From Macrostomum lignano (Eukaryota), in NCBI GenBank assembly GCA_002269645.1, contig NIVC01000010.1:2046001-2110000 (forward strand): 64,000 nucleotides of DNA. Reading direction: 5' to 3'. This document shows, piece after piece, positions 23,941-37,070 of this stretch. The notes under the pieces were generated by a model. The model searched no databases, was not told the DNA's origin, and worked only from the letters and a program-made list of their open reading frames with translations. Each line of letters opens with the position of its first letter. The first letter of the stretch is position 1. The translations under genes were made by a program, and so were the position numbers.

Positions 23941-24469
23941 GAAGGTACAGAAACAAATCAAGACAAGGTGAGAGTTAAATGAAGAAAGGAACTAGCTAAA
24001 TGTAAAATCCATAAAGTTAAAGATAAACTAAGTGGTGTTTAAAATCGAAATGAATAAATAAGAACAAGACTATGTTATTCTACGGTCTAGACAGGCATAG
24101 CCAGTTATAATTATCTAGAAACGAGTTCAAATTGGCACACTTTAATCATGAACGAACTAAGGCGCATCTTTTTTCTATAATTAGCAGTTGTGTAGACTAA
24201 TAGTTAATACACAGTACACAGTAAGGCATAACAATATGCAGTATACCATATATAACAGTTATACAAATACGAAGTGCAAAGTATGTTAATTTTACTAAAC
24301 TGCTAAACATAGGTTACCGGAAGAAATAGTGTTGTTCGACTAATGCCTGCAAGCATTTGTAACTTTTGAAAGTTAGTCAGGACATGAGGAAAATATTTAC
24401 CAGAATATTAAGAAGAAAGTATTAGGTTAAAAATAAAACTGCATTGCGCGTGTCATAGATTCTGAATCT

Positions 24470-24980
24470 CACGAATACTCTCTGCATCTCACCTAATCCT
24501 ATTTGAATCTCACCCAATCCTCTATGAATCTCACCCAATCCTGTATGCATATCACCCAATCCCCTATGAATCTCACCCAATCCTGTATGAATCTCACCTA
24601 ATCCTGTATGAATCTCACCCAATCCTCTATGAATCTCACCCAATCCTGTATGCATCTCACCCAATCCTCTATGAATCTCACCCAATCCTGTATGAATCTC
24701 AACCAATCCTCTATGAATTCTCACCCAAACCTCTATGAATCTCACCCAATCCTCTATGAATCTCACCCAACCCTGTATGCATCTCACCCAATCCTCTATG
24801 AATCTCACCCAATCCTGTATGAATCTCACCCAATCCTCTATGAATCTCACCCAATCCTGTATGCATCTCACCCAATCCTCTATGAATCTCACCCAATCCT
24901 GTATGAATCTCACCCAATCCTGTATGAATCTCACCCAATCCTATATGAATCTCACTCAATATTCTATGAATCTCACCCAC
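24470..24980. repeat. 21-bp minisatellite TATGAATCTCACCCAATCCTS, ~24 copies
   Basis: Directly visible. Source of several spurious ORFs in the track. Confidence 0.95.
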
Positions 24981-25261
24981 TCGTGAATGCATCTCAAACT
25001 AGAAGGAAAGCATTGCCAAGAGAAGCACAAGTTAATGAATATTAATGAAGCTAGCTAACAATTGTTTTAAATAAGCCTGACGCATTTATGTATGAGTTAT
25101 TAAAAAAGATAGCAATTATAATCCATTGCATAAATAATAACGAAAAAGAAAAGACAGATAGAATGAAACAGTTAAACCTGGAAACAGAAAATAGCATACA
25201 TATATTGCATAGCGAACACGTATTTTCTTGCTTATGTCGGATTTAGGATTCTGTAGTTTGG

Positions 25262-26090
25262 GAAGGCAGCGGCACTTCATTGGTAGACAAGGGGAGGAAG
25301 GTAGCGGCACTTCATTGGTAGACAAGAGGAGGAAGGTAGCGGCACTTCATTGGTAGACAAGGGGAGGAGGGTAGCGGCATTTCATTGGTAGACAAGAGGA
25401 GGAAGGTAGCGGCACTTCATTGGTAGACAAGGGGAAGTAGCGGAACTTCATTGGTAGACAAGGGGAAGTAGCAGAACTTTATTAGTAGACAAGGGGAAGT
25501 AGCGGAACTTTATTAGTAGACAAGGGGAAAGTAGCGGAACTTTATTAGTAGACAAGGGGAAGTAGCGGAACTTTATTAGTAGACAAGGGGAAGTAGCGGA
25601 ACTTTATTAGTAGACAAGGGGAAAGTAGCGGAACTTCATTGGTAGACAAGGGGAAGTAGCGGAACTTTATTAGTAGACAAGGGGAAGTAGCGGAACTTTA
25701 TTAGTAGACAAGGGGAAGTAGCGGAACTTTATTAGTAGACAAGGGGAAGTAGCGGAACTTTATTAGTAGACAAGGGGAAGTAGCGGAACTTTATTAGTAG
25801 ACAAGGGGAAAGTAGCGGAACTTCATTGGTAGACAAGGGGAAGTAGCAGAACTTTATTAGTAGACAAGGGGAAGTAGCGGAACTTTATTAGTAGACAAGG
25901 GGAAGTAGCAGAACTTTATTAGTAGACAAGGGGAAGTAGCGGAACTTTATTAGTAGACAAGGGGAAGTAGCGGAACTTTATTAGTAGACAAGGGGAAAGT
26001 AGCGGAACTTTATTAGTAGACAAGGGGAAGTAGCAGAACTTTATTAGTAGACAAGGGGAAGTAGCGGAACTTCATTGGTAGACAAGGGCC
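25262..26090. repeat. 31-bp minisatellite GTAGACAAGGGGAAGTAGCGGAACTTTATTA (35-bp variant at the left end)
   Basis: Directly visible. Confidence 0.95.
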
Positions 26091-26206
26091 CAGTTGAGCA
26101 CCTTCAACTCCTCCACTGACTTTCCATAGACACTCACTGATGTAACAAGTAGTTAATAAACATTTCTAACAAGAATTTCAATCCATCATTTCAGTTATTA
26201 ATAAAT

Positions 26207-26932
26207 TTATTCAGCCTTGCTTCTGGCAGCCCGATCGGCATTCCAATAGTAGAAAATCTGAGCCAATATAATACCGTTGCAAGCGGTGGACACGGTGTAC
26301 ATGACAACAACTAACTGATCCCCAGTCTCCTGCACAGACGTGAATATCCTAGCAACGCTGCCTAGGAACAGAAGCAGACAGGTGATGAGTGACAGCTGTC
26401 CAGTGCTGCTATTCCGGTAGTTGTACCAAGCCTGCCACAGCTTGCCAGAGGCTGTAAGCGGGACGCTGCCTGTCTGCAACAGTTGCAGCCAAGAGAAAGG
26501 AGCCCGTGGCGACATCAGGTAGGCCATGATCAGCGCGTACAACGTGAGAAAGCCCCAGCCGCGTACGGCCTGACCGCTGTAGAACAGAGTCAGGAAAGCA
26601 ATCAAGCTAGTCTGGAACGCCATGAACAAGCCTTCGCCGTAGGCGCTAAACGGAAAGCCCTGTCGCCAGCCGTAAGATGCCGTAGCCGAGATGGCCACTA
26701 ATTCCAATAGATTAGCGGCAAACGATAATCCGCGACTGGATCGGCTAGCAAAAATTTTAATAATCTGAGGCAGTTTAACAACTATGCTGCCTAGAATGAT
26801 TCCATAGCCAAGGCCTTTGGTTATGAGTAGTTTTAGACAGGCAATGTCGAATAGATTACCAGATTGAAACATGGTGTCGTAGCAGTGCTCAGACACTGCC
26901 ATTGAGAATAGTTGCCGAAATATGGCTGTCAT
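26207..26932 (-). CDS. MPDU1: Mannose-P-dolichol utilization defect 1 protein (PQ-loop), single coding exon, 241 aa
   Basis: ITKGLGYGIILGSIVVKLPQIIKI, FPFSAYGEGLF, STGQLSLIT, GSVARIFTSVQETGD and QIFYYWN are characteristic MPDU1 motifs. Confidence 0.95.
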   Translation of the reverse strand: MTAIFRQLFSMAVSEHCYDTMFQSGNLFDIACLKLLITKGLGYGIILGSIVVKLPQIIKIFASRSSRGLSFAANLLELVAISATASYGWRQGFPFSAYGEGLFMAFQTSLIAFLTLFYSGQAVRGWGFLTLYALIMAYLMSPRAPFSWLQLLQTGSVPLTASGKLWQAWYNYRNSSTGQLSLITCLLLFLGSVARIFTSVQETGDQLVVVMYTVSTACNGIILAQIFYYWNADRAARSKAE

Positions 26933-27074
26933 CTTGTTTACTTTGTTTACTGTTGCTACTAAGCTGAAAGTATTTATGGATATAGTCTTGTCTTTATTAT
27001 AGCAAAATATCGGAGGCTAAACTTAATAATTTAACTGAAATTGCATGTACGTTTATCCAAGTACAAACTGGATA

Positions 27075-27650
27075 GTACTCCTATAGACTAACCAAAATAC
27101 AAATCGAGTTAGTAGGCTATACAAAGTACAAACAGGGTAGTAGGCTATCCAATACAAACGGGGTAGTAGGCTATCCAAAGTACAAACAGGATGGTAGGCT
27201 ATCCAAAGTACAAACAGGGTAGTAGGCTATCTAAAGTAAAAACAGGGTAGTAGGCTAACCGAAGTGCAAACGGGGTAGTAGACTATCTAAAGTACAAACT
27301 GGGTAGTAGGCTATCCAAAGTACAAACAGGATAGTAGGCTATACAAAGTACAAACAGGGTAGTATAGGCTATCCAAAGTACAAACAGGGCAGTAGGCTAT
27401 CCAAAGTACAAAAGGGTAGTAGGCTATCCGAAGTACAAACAGGGTAGTAGGCTATCCAAAGTACAAACAGGGTAGTAGGCTATCTAAAGTACAAACAGGG
27501 TAGTAGGCTATCCAAAGTACAAACAGGGTAGTAGGCTATCCAAAGTACAAACAGGGTAGTAGGCTATCCAAAGTACAAACAGGGTAGTAGGCTATCCGAA
27601 GTACAAACAGGGTAGTAGGCTATCCGAAGTACAAACGTGGTAGTAGGCTA
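27075..27650. repeat. 28-bp minisatellite GGGTAGTAGGCTATCCAAAGTACAAACA, ~20 copies, upstream of MPDU1 (probable 5'UTR intron)
   Basis: Directly visible. A minus-strand TTTCAG acceptor lies near 26965. Confidence 0.93.
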
Positions 27651-28363
27651 ACCAAGGTGCTAATACGTAGCTCGTAGCAGTGCTCCCAACCATAAATAGA
27701 TAAATACGAGTTACATAGAAATCTACAGTTCTGCAATCCACGGAAAAAATCAATTTAGGAGTAAACAGAGACAACTGTCGCATGCTGAAAGGCAGAGATG
27801 AAAAAGCAAAGAACATTTTAACTATACTCGTAAATAATCTCAATCTTTCTTTGAACTCAACTTTGACATTCCGCTTCTTTGGTCAATAGACAATGATGAC
27901 AACTGCTCTAAAAGCATGCACACTTGAATATTAAGCCTCTCGCTCTTGCTGGCCTCGTCTACGCTATTTTGACAAGGTTTCGTCTAAAGCGTAGACGCAA
28001 ATTTATGGAGGCTAGGATAGAGAGAGACAGACAGAAAATGCACGGCACTACCCCGTCTCAACAATGCCACTAACTCACTGTACACAACAGGTATTCTATA
28101 GCCAGTTATAAACCAGCATACATGCCTATAGCCTTGTACTCCGCTATGAAAAGCGCGCGAGAGAGAGAGACAGAGAGAGAAATAATACGAAAGCCACTTG
28201 ACGACCGCGCATAGCGCCTTGGAGATGGGTGTACAGTTCAAGTATAGAGAAAAAAACTGGATGCAATGAAGCTGCAGCATATTAGGGGAACACTAAACGC
28301 TGACAAAACAGCATTGGAATTCTAGCAAGACAGACTTAGAAACGCTTTCACAGAGAGGTAGCC

Positions 28364-31300
28364 ATGACAACTAAGACTATCGGAATCTATTCCGCTCCGG
28401 CGGCCATCCGCCTACCCGAATTAGCTAGCGAGAGGCTGGCATCGGCATCATCCAAGCCGAGCCTAATTAGCATCGACTACAACGGTATGCAGGCTGAGAC
28501 AGCCGCGGCGCCAATAAAACGATACGAAGAGACTAGACAGTTTGTAGTGCAGGACTGCACTCATCATCGCATAATGAGTAAGTTCTGATCGAAACAACTT
28601 GTAGTCAGCGATATTCAAGCGCGAGTCAGTTGACACAAGAAACCATCAGCTTGGATAGTTATTTCTCAGAGGGGATTTTCGCACTGCCGCAAAATCATGA
28701 GGAGACATGCCAGCGAGGAATAAGCTATTCACCATCGTACCTCCAAGTTAGTGCGTTGCAAAGAGCCCAGCAGAGTTCATATTCACCGTAGACTAAGAAC
28801 TCAAATCACTTATGTAGGCAATTTGGTTGCTTCGCTGTCCATCTGGTTTGTTTCGCGAACATCTAACTCCAAACCACCAGTCACGTATGCATTTACTGTC
28901 CTCTCTCTGTCTACCAGACTGATTTAAGCTTATGGTCCTCTCTGTCTCCAGCTGTTGCCCAAATTGCACGCAGTTAAAAAACCAAACTGATTTCTTTTGT
29001 CTATGGCTTTCTATGGTTGGTAGGACAAAGTAGGACAAAAATGGTATAGTAAACTGTCACTGAAAGGGAGCACACAGTGTTGGTAACTTTTTACCATAGA
29101 CTAAGTTTTATTTAGACAGGCCTACAAAATAAGTACGTTTCTGTATTAAATTCAGACTTTAGGAATCTAAGGACTTATAAAGTTTAGTGTCTTGATGACT
29201 CATTTGATAAAGAGACAATTTATTAAAACCCAACGATTAGTTAAAATTGGAATTAAAACCTAACAAAAACCTTGCAGAAGTCGGACACGACGTTCACCAT
29301 CGTCTATCTGAGGTGGCCAGATCTCAGCAGCATCAGGCGGTGAAAGAGGGCGAATCGCGCGTACGCCAAGAGATGCAGCGAGCAACAGAGAAGCGCCTGG
29401 CCGATTTAGAGAAGCAGCTAGCGATGCAACACGAGTTCAAAATTGCCAGACTAAAACAAGAACACGAGCGAATTATTCAAGAAAAGATTTTAGAAACTGA
29501 GACCGCAATGCGCAAGGATTTAATTGAGGCGGTTGAAAAAGAGCGCGAGGACGGCAAGCGACGTTTAAAAGAGAAAGAAGACGAACTAAACGCCTGGTGG
29601 ACAGCGGAAGCTGAACGTCAAGTGACGGAGGCGCGAGAAGAGGAACGCGCTATAGCGGCCAGAGAGAAGCAAACACTTCTGGAGCAGCATAAGCGACAAA
29701 CAGTCGAGCTTAAAGCCGAAGAGAAACGAATAAGAGAAGCGGCGCTGGCTAAACTTGAAGCCGAGAAAAATGCCGAACTGGTGCGCGAATTGCTAAAGGC
29801 CCGCGACGAGGAAAGACGCATTCGGGAGGCGAGTAGCTTTACAATATTTTTGTGTCAAGACTCAATCCTAAGCCAACATTATTGGGGTAGCTTACATGCG
29901 TACATGTAGGCAATGGGTTAGCCTATCATCTCTACAGTCCTATATCAGGGGTCGGCGCAAACTTTTTGCTTCAAGAGCCAAATAGAGAAACTAAATCATG
30001 ATTGCGGGACTGTGGAGGGGAGAGAAAAAATCGAATAGAGGAGAAAAGAGAGAAGAGGAGAGAGGAGAAAAAGTAAGCGTGGGGAGAAGGGAGAGGAGAG
30101 ATTAGAGAAAAGAGAAGAGGCGATTAGAGAGAGGAGAGCTAAGAAGAGACACAAAACGTGAGCGAGCCGGATTGCCATTGTGAAGTTTCAAAGGAACCGA
30201 TGACCTGATAGAGGAGAGGTTTAGCCCAAAGGTTGGCCCACCCCTGTCCTATATTTAGTGTATTACCTGTTGATTATTTTACTTGAACTTGTACACGTTG
30301 GGTAATACATTTAGCCTACCACTCAGTTGGTTTTCTGCTTACCCATTAGTTGGCCAAACTCAGTCCAAGCTACGAGAAAAAATGCATTTGATACAGCAAC
30401 CGACTCAGTTTGGTATGCTATAATTTTGATTTCCATAGCCTAGGTTTATCTATAGCATATAAAAATACTGAAGATAACCCAAGCGGAGGTGGCAGATTGC
30501 ATGGATTAGCAGCCTAAAACCCCACAAACCGCGGTTCTAAATCTAAGAAAACTGGCCTAGAAAAAACCCGATTTGACGAAAATCAGGCTGCAAATTTTTT
30601 TTCAAACAGCTTTCTTGGTAGATTTCGGATTTGTCTGCTCTAGTTTTCTAAGGCTCGTATCCTGAATGGAGAGGCAATGTAGCGGCTCGTACTTTTTTCG
30701 CAAGCGCAGTTTTCTAGAATATTCGGCCTTAGAAATTATTAAAAAGAAGCTTAATAAAAGAAAGAAGGCAAAAAGAACGTGCTGCATCAGGTTACGACTG
30801 GAGATTAGACAAAAATAGATCGTGACAAAGGTCTATTCGTTCGCAACACTCCCAGAATATAAATTTGCAGAAAAAGAACTCAGGTTAAGGATCACTTTGG
30901 CTGCTGATTAGAAAAGATTCTTATGAAGCTTACCGATCATTTTAGGTGCTAATCAGGAAAGATTCTTATGCAGCTTATGGATGATTCTAGAGTGCTGATT
31001 GGGAAAGCTTCTTATGCAGCTTACGGATTATGCTTAAGTGCTGATTGGGAAAGATTCTTATGCAGCTTACGGATGATGCTTGAGTGCTGATTGGGAAAGC
31101 TTCTTATGCAGCTTACGGATGATTCTTGAGTGCTGATTGGGAAAGCTTCTTATGCAGCTTACGGATGATGCTTGAGTGCTGATTGGGAAAGCTTCTTATG
31201 CAGCTTACGGATGATGCTTGAGTGCTGATTGGGAAAGATTCTTATGCAGCTTACGGATGATGCTAAGTGCTGATTGGGAAAGATTCTTATGCAGCTTACG

Positions 31301-32517
31301 GATGATGCTAAGTGCTGATTGGGAAAGATTCTTATGCAGCTTACGGATGATGCTAAGTGCTGATTGGGAAAGATTCTTATGCAGCCTACGGATGATTTTC
31401 AAGTGCTGATTGGGAAAGCTTCTTATGCAGCTTACGGATGATGCTAAGTGCTGATTGGGAAAGATTCTTATGCAGCTTACGGATGATGCTAAGTGCTGAT
31501 TGGGAAAGATTCTTATGCAGCTTACGGATGATGCTAAGTGCTGATTGGGAAAGATTCTTATGCAGCCTACGGATGATTTTCAAGTGCTGATTGGGAAAGC
31601 TTCTTATGCAGCTTACGGATGATGCTTAAGTGCTGATTGGGAAAGCTTCTTATGCAGCTTACGGATGATGCTTAAATGCTGATTGGGAAAGCTTCTTATG
31701 CAGCTTACGGATAATGCCAAGTGCTGATTGGGAAAGATTCTTATGCAGCATACGGATGATGCTTGAGTGCTGATTGGGAAAGATTCTTATGCAGCTTATG
31801 GATGATTTTTAAGTGCTGATTGGGAAAGATTCTTATGCAGCCTACGGATGATTTTCAAGTGCTGATTGGGAAAGATTCTAATGCAGCATACGGATGAAAA
31901 GCTTAGGAGCACTTTTAAAGATAAATTTAAAAACGATTCCTTGTGTCCATGAGTCAGGCAGGTAATAACTCCATATAGTTTTGCGCTCTATCCAAGCTGT
32001 TATTAAGTGTAGAGTCTGGTTTCAAATGCGATTCTGGGAAGATTTATTATGCCAAGGGTTTAAAATTCGGTTTCTGTTTCGAATTTCTAAAAAGATTTCC
32101 ATTCCAACCATCCATAAAACCTCACAGGACCTGCAACAGCAAATGCAACTCCAGCTAGAGAAGCTAACAGCTGAAGCAGAGGCCAAAGAAGCCGAACTCC
32201 TAGCTGAAATCGAAGCAGTGGAATCCGCTCACGCGTCAACCAGACAGAAACGAGCCGCGGCAGAAGAGGAATTAATTAGAATCTACCAAGAGTTTGAGAC
32301 CTTCATCGATAGAGTACTGCGTCTAAACACTGGCGGCGAAGGCGCTTTTCTGCTACCCTACACGGACTTTCTTAGAGGCGTTGTTGACGCAAAAGATGCC
32401 GAGAAAAGACAGCAGCAGCAGCAACAGCTGGAGTCTCGACGAACAAGCATTGGCACTGTGACGCTGCAACGAGTGCAGCTGCCATCAAATGTGCGATTGG
32501 TGACCGACTTTCCGTGA
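28364..32517 (+). CDS. C6orf163-like coiled-coil protein, ~384 aa; exons 28364-28577, 29278-29828, 32128-32517
   Basis: Intron 1 is GTAAGT...CAG in phase 1; intron 2 is GCGAGT...CAG in phase 0. Joined CDS is 1155 nt. EAREEERAIAARE and the C-terminal EEELIRIYQEFETFIDRVLRLNTGGEGAFLLP resemble human C6orf163 (from memory). Confidence 0.7.
29946..30246. mobile_element. hAT (Charlie-like) MITE in intron 2 of the coiled-coil gene
   Basis: TIRs CAGGGGTCGGCGCAAACT / AGGTTGGCCCACCCCTG. Perfect 8-bp TSD TCCTATAT at 29938-29945 and 30247-30254. Confidence 0.88.
30930..31900. repeat. 45-bp minisatellite GTGCTGATTGGGAAAGATTCTTATGCAGCTTACGGATGATGCTAA, ~21 copies
   Basis: Directly visible, inside the GC-AG intron. 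Confidence 0.96.
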
Positions 32518-33679
32518 TTTCTAAATGTACTTTTTACCCCAAAGTTGCTTGCTTTATTGAACAAACAGACGATTATTCTTATAGAAAAAAGAATTTTGTC
32601 TACCATATACGTACCTACTAACAGTAGTTACATAGAATAGAAACAGAATAATTAATGCAAATATTTGACAAATTGATTTTACCCATCTTATCTACGAAAA
32701 TCAATTTTATGTTTAATTACTAGTGGGCCTGTTTTAAATATTAAATAAAACACCAAACTGAGAATATTAGAAATAAAAAAGACATTAAAACACGCGGCAC
32801 TCAATGTCATCATTTATATATATTTCTTACTTCAAAAGTAAATAAAATAATGTTTATATACTCGTACTAGTATCAAGAACAAATTTAAATAAAAGAGATA
32901 GTGTTTACTAATAATAAGAAAGCAAAGAGAAGAAACATCAATAAGGGCCAGACCAGCAGTATTGATTGACAACCATACTACTAACGACTTTGGAATAAGT
33001 AGCTTATCAGCGCATTTTTCGGGTTAAAACAATAAATTCATTGAAAAGTCGTAAAAAATCTACAATTATTAACTATAAGAATGCAGAATAAACGGATAGA
33101 ATTGTATCGAAACAAAGAATGAAAATAACATCTCAGACCACGGATAGCAGGAGCGCATAAAAAAATCTCTAAAACTCGATGCGTAAGAGTTATGAAGAAA
33201 AGTAAATGTAATAAAAATATTTGATATTATGTTTTATTAATGGCATTTAATCGCATTACAGTAGTACAAGTGGTATTAAAGTAATGAATAAATATTTGAA
33301 GAGAATAAAAGCGCTCAGATATCATTGCCAGTAAAAAAGACTCTAACCTGAATTATAAACTACAATAATCGGATTCAAACATGGTAGATATTGATTATAT
33401 TAGAAGCAAAATAATCACAGCAAAGTTAATTTCGATTCACTTTTTTAAAAATTTTCTAAACTTTCTCAGTCAATTATTGGGTTTTTAAAACAAATTAATG
33501 CAAACTTTATTGTACAAGATAATTATTATCTTTACAACACTCTACACTCTTTCTAGGAAATCTGTAATTTAATTCAGTAGTTTTGTTAGGTACGTGAATG
33601 TTTAAAATAATTTTTTTAGATTGCGGGCGATTTATTTATCGCGTAAGCTGAGCTATATAGTTATAAATTGTTCCGAGAG

Positions 33680-33745
33680 TGGGCCGAGAATTGAACCTCC
33701 AACCTTTCAGTCGTGATTTCGACTCTCTAACCACCAGGTTAAAAC
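33680..33745 (-). mobile_element. Isolated tRNA-like SINE head, same family as 13871-14025
   Basis: Minus strand TTTTAACCTGGTGGTTAGAGAGTCGAAATCACGACTGAAAGGTTGGAGGTTCAATTC aligns with the head of the 14 kb copy. Confidence 0.6.
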
Positions 33746-34750
33746 TCCCGGTACGATTGTACACGCTTCTATGGTAAAAAAACTAGTCAATGATACACCC
33801 GCTCACACAGGTTCTCCACACACATGTACACACTCTGGGCCTTAAGGGTTGGCCTCTCATAGGTGCGAATCACACGACAAGTAGGCCATTTTTCGTGCAA
33901 AAGCTCTAAATGAATATGGCAGCGCATGGAATCGAATCAAGACACAGAACATACACAGAATGCCCGATCGGCTGTCGCGTGATGTTTGGAAGTTAATATG
34001 CGAACAAACTACTTTTGTGTTGAAGCTGATCAGTAGTTATGAAAATAAAAATGCATAATAATAAATATATAATATATGTCAGATTTATCCACACAAACTG
34101 ACAAAAGTATTTATTTATTATTTCCTTCTTTTGTGTATTTTGGGTTTAATGTGGCCCCCAATTGGGCCGTTTTACTTTGTGCTTGTGTGCTTATATAGAG
34201 CGTTTCGTACAGTATAATAGTTTCACGATCGATAATTTAGGCCTCTCCGTGCACGTGGCGCACGAAGAGGTCCAGTTTTTATTACTTTTAAATAAAGTCT
34301 GGCCTTCGCCTCGGTTTACTACTTTCTCTCTTATCTCTCACCGATTAAAACTTTCGCTGCCCGCCTGTTGCTAAACATAGCTTCCCACCAGCAATTGGAT
34401 ATGTAGACTCTGCATATGATTCTATAAACTTAGATATTGCTTCAGAATTGACACTTCATAGTTCTTACAGTTATATGCAGTGCATTGCCTTCTTGATGCT
34501 GTCACATTGTTACAGTAGCCTCTGTTGGTGCCTTCGATGTTGCTAATGACTGCCTTATTCATGTCAGTAGCGGCTCGTCTATGGCACAACCCCTCCAAGC
34601 CGCACACGCGTAAATTTCTCTGCAAGAGGGCTGATCGGGCATTCTGTATATTCTGTGAAGCAAGGGGCTGTCGCGCAAGAGCCAGACGCATTTACTACAA
34701 AGCTACCCCTGTAGCCTGTTTGCTGTTTAAAGAGCCTCTCTCTGAGTCTC

Positions 34751-36294
34751 CTACATAGATCGCACTTCAAACAGACCACCCTGAGACGAACTGCTGCCGC
34801 CAGACGTAATCAAATCAGCGCTAGCATGCGTCGAAGCTGATCGTTTCATTCCCGAAGCAGAAGCAGACTGTTGCAATTGCTGCTGTTGCTGTTGTTGCTG
34901 AGCAAGAAACGTCACAGATGATGGCGATCTTTCTATAACGCTGCTGACGCAATCTAACTGATTATTCTTCAACTCCGGATAGTACAATTTAAAACAAATG
35001 TAGGCCACAGAGAATCCCAGAATCGAGCCAACGGCGACATCTTCGCAATGATGATGAAAATCTGCTAGCCGGCTAAGAGCTATGCACATGGCTATAAACA
35101 GAGGCAATCCGCCTAGCAACAGTTGCCAAGCCGACGGTGCGCCGGGAAACCGACGCCAGAGGCCGAACCGACGCCACAACAGAAGCGACACGAAGCCTAG
35201 ACTAGCAAAAGAAAATGTCGAATGCCCGGATGGAAAGGATTTCCGGCCTTCAATGATAGAATCCAGATCGCCGTAGCAGGGTTGCATTTGAAGACTCGAT
35301 TGCATTGGCGCTCCGGCCCCGGCCTCGTGCTCGTGATCGTCCGGGTAGCAACGATAGAAAAAATCTGGCCTTGGCCTGCCAACTATGACTTTGATTGTGT
35401 TGGCCAGATTGCCGGCTAATAAGATAATTAGCCAATAAGCTAGCTGACAGGTGAGCAATGCGCTTGATCTACTACTACTGTTAGTAGATGCCTGTTGATC
35501 CATTGTCGCCGGACAGAAAGCTGTAAGACAGAGCAAACTGACGGGAATAATTAGCAGGATAAACAGCCACATCAACCATGCGGGTACGTAGGAATCGCTC
35601 GGGTGATTCTTGTACAGCCACCATTCCTCTGGGTGGATGTCGCGAATGCGGGGATTCAGGTGCTCCGTGATGCTGGAAAAGGGGTTTGAATGGGATCAAT
35701 GATGAAGCGTGAAAGTGGAAAATGAAGCGTGAAGCTGGTATAAGGATTTGGATGGGATCAATGATGAAGTGTGATGCTGGAATAGGGATTTGGATGGGAT
35801 CAATGATGAAGCGTGAAGCTGGAATAGGGATTTGGATGGGATCAATGATGAAGCGTGATGCTGGAATAGGGATTTGGATGGGATCAATGATGAAGCGTGA
35901 AGCTGGAATAGGAATTTGGATGGGATCAATGATGAAGCGTGAAGCTGTAATAGGGATTTGGATGGGATCAATGATGAAGCGTGAAGCTGGAATAGGGATT
36001 TCAATGGGATCAATGATGAAGCGTGATGCTGGAATAGGGATTTGTATGGGATCAATGATGAAGCGTGAAGCTGGAATAGGGATTTCAATGGGATCAATGA
36101 TGAAGCGTGATGCTGGAATAGGGAGTCGCATCCAAATAATGAAGCTGGATGCAGAAGTGTAAATAAGATATAAAATAAAGTGTGCCGATAGCTTACACCA
36201 ACAAAACTGCCAGAGCCAAGCGCGAGCCAATCTCACTGAGCAGATGAGACGACTTGGGCAGCTGCAAAATGTTTCTTGAAGATATTTCGCGCAT
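34751..36294 (-). CDS. PLPP5: PAP2-family phospholipid phosphatase (PLPP4/5, DPPL-like), ~339 aa; exons 36294-36197 and 35672-34751
   Basis: Phase-2 GTAAG...CAG intron joins EIGSRLALAVLLV|ITEHLNPRIRDIHPEEWWLYKN. PAP2 motifs KVIVGRPRPDF, SFPSGHS and SRLADFHHHCEDV are present. PLPP4 versus PLPP5 cannot be resolved. Confidence 0.88.
35690..36135. repeat. 39-bp minisatellite GATGGGATCAATGATGAAGCGTGAAGCTGGAATAGGGATTT filling the PLPP intron
   Basis: About 11 copies. Confidence 0.95.
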
Positions 36295-36554
36295 GAATTC
36301 TTTTATCTGTTTTTTAAACAAATACAATTATTTATTCCGTTGTTCAGTGAGCATTTGAGTTCGACAGCTCGCTATTTGTTTAGCTGAAGGAGGAAAATAA
36401 GCTTTGAAGTGAAGATTTATTTTATCGATCTAAATTAATTATCTCAATAGTAATTAGTAGTATTAGCTAAATACTATTATATACGCGCAACTTTACTATA
36501 GGCATGTGTAGGGTGAAGATAACAATGCAAAACTTAATGAACACTTAAGACAGA

Positions 36555-36602
36555 TTTAACAGACAGACAGACAGACATTAAGACAGAAACTAAGACAGAC
36601 AC

Positions 36603-36641
<39 letters not shown>

Positions 36642-36686
36642 AACAGACAAACAGACAGACAGACAGACACTAAGACAGACACACTC

Positions 36687-36751
<65 letters not shown>

Positions 36752-36798
36752 TACATACATACATTAAGACAGACAGACAGACACAGACACAGACAGAC

Positions 36799-36829
<31 letters not shown>

Positions 36830-36854
36830 CAGACAGACAGACAGACAGACAGAA

Positions 36855-36887
<33 letters not shown>

Positions 36888-36976
36888 TACATACATACAT
36901 TAAGACAGACAGACAGACACAGACAGACAGACAGACAGACAGACATACATACATACATTAAGACAGACAGACAGAC

Positions 36977-37068
<92 letters not shown>

Positions 37069-37070
37069 GC
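36555..37070. repeat. (AGAC)n microsatellite with ACAT and AC interruptions
   Basis: Directly visible. Confidence 0.97.

Noticed and set aside
28590-28790. ~65-codon open frame inside intron 1 of the coiled-coil gene (VLIETTCSQRYSS...)
   Set aside because: No ATG, and the nearest AG acceptor would not keep it in phase with exon 1. No recognisable homology.
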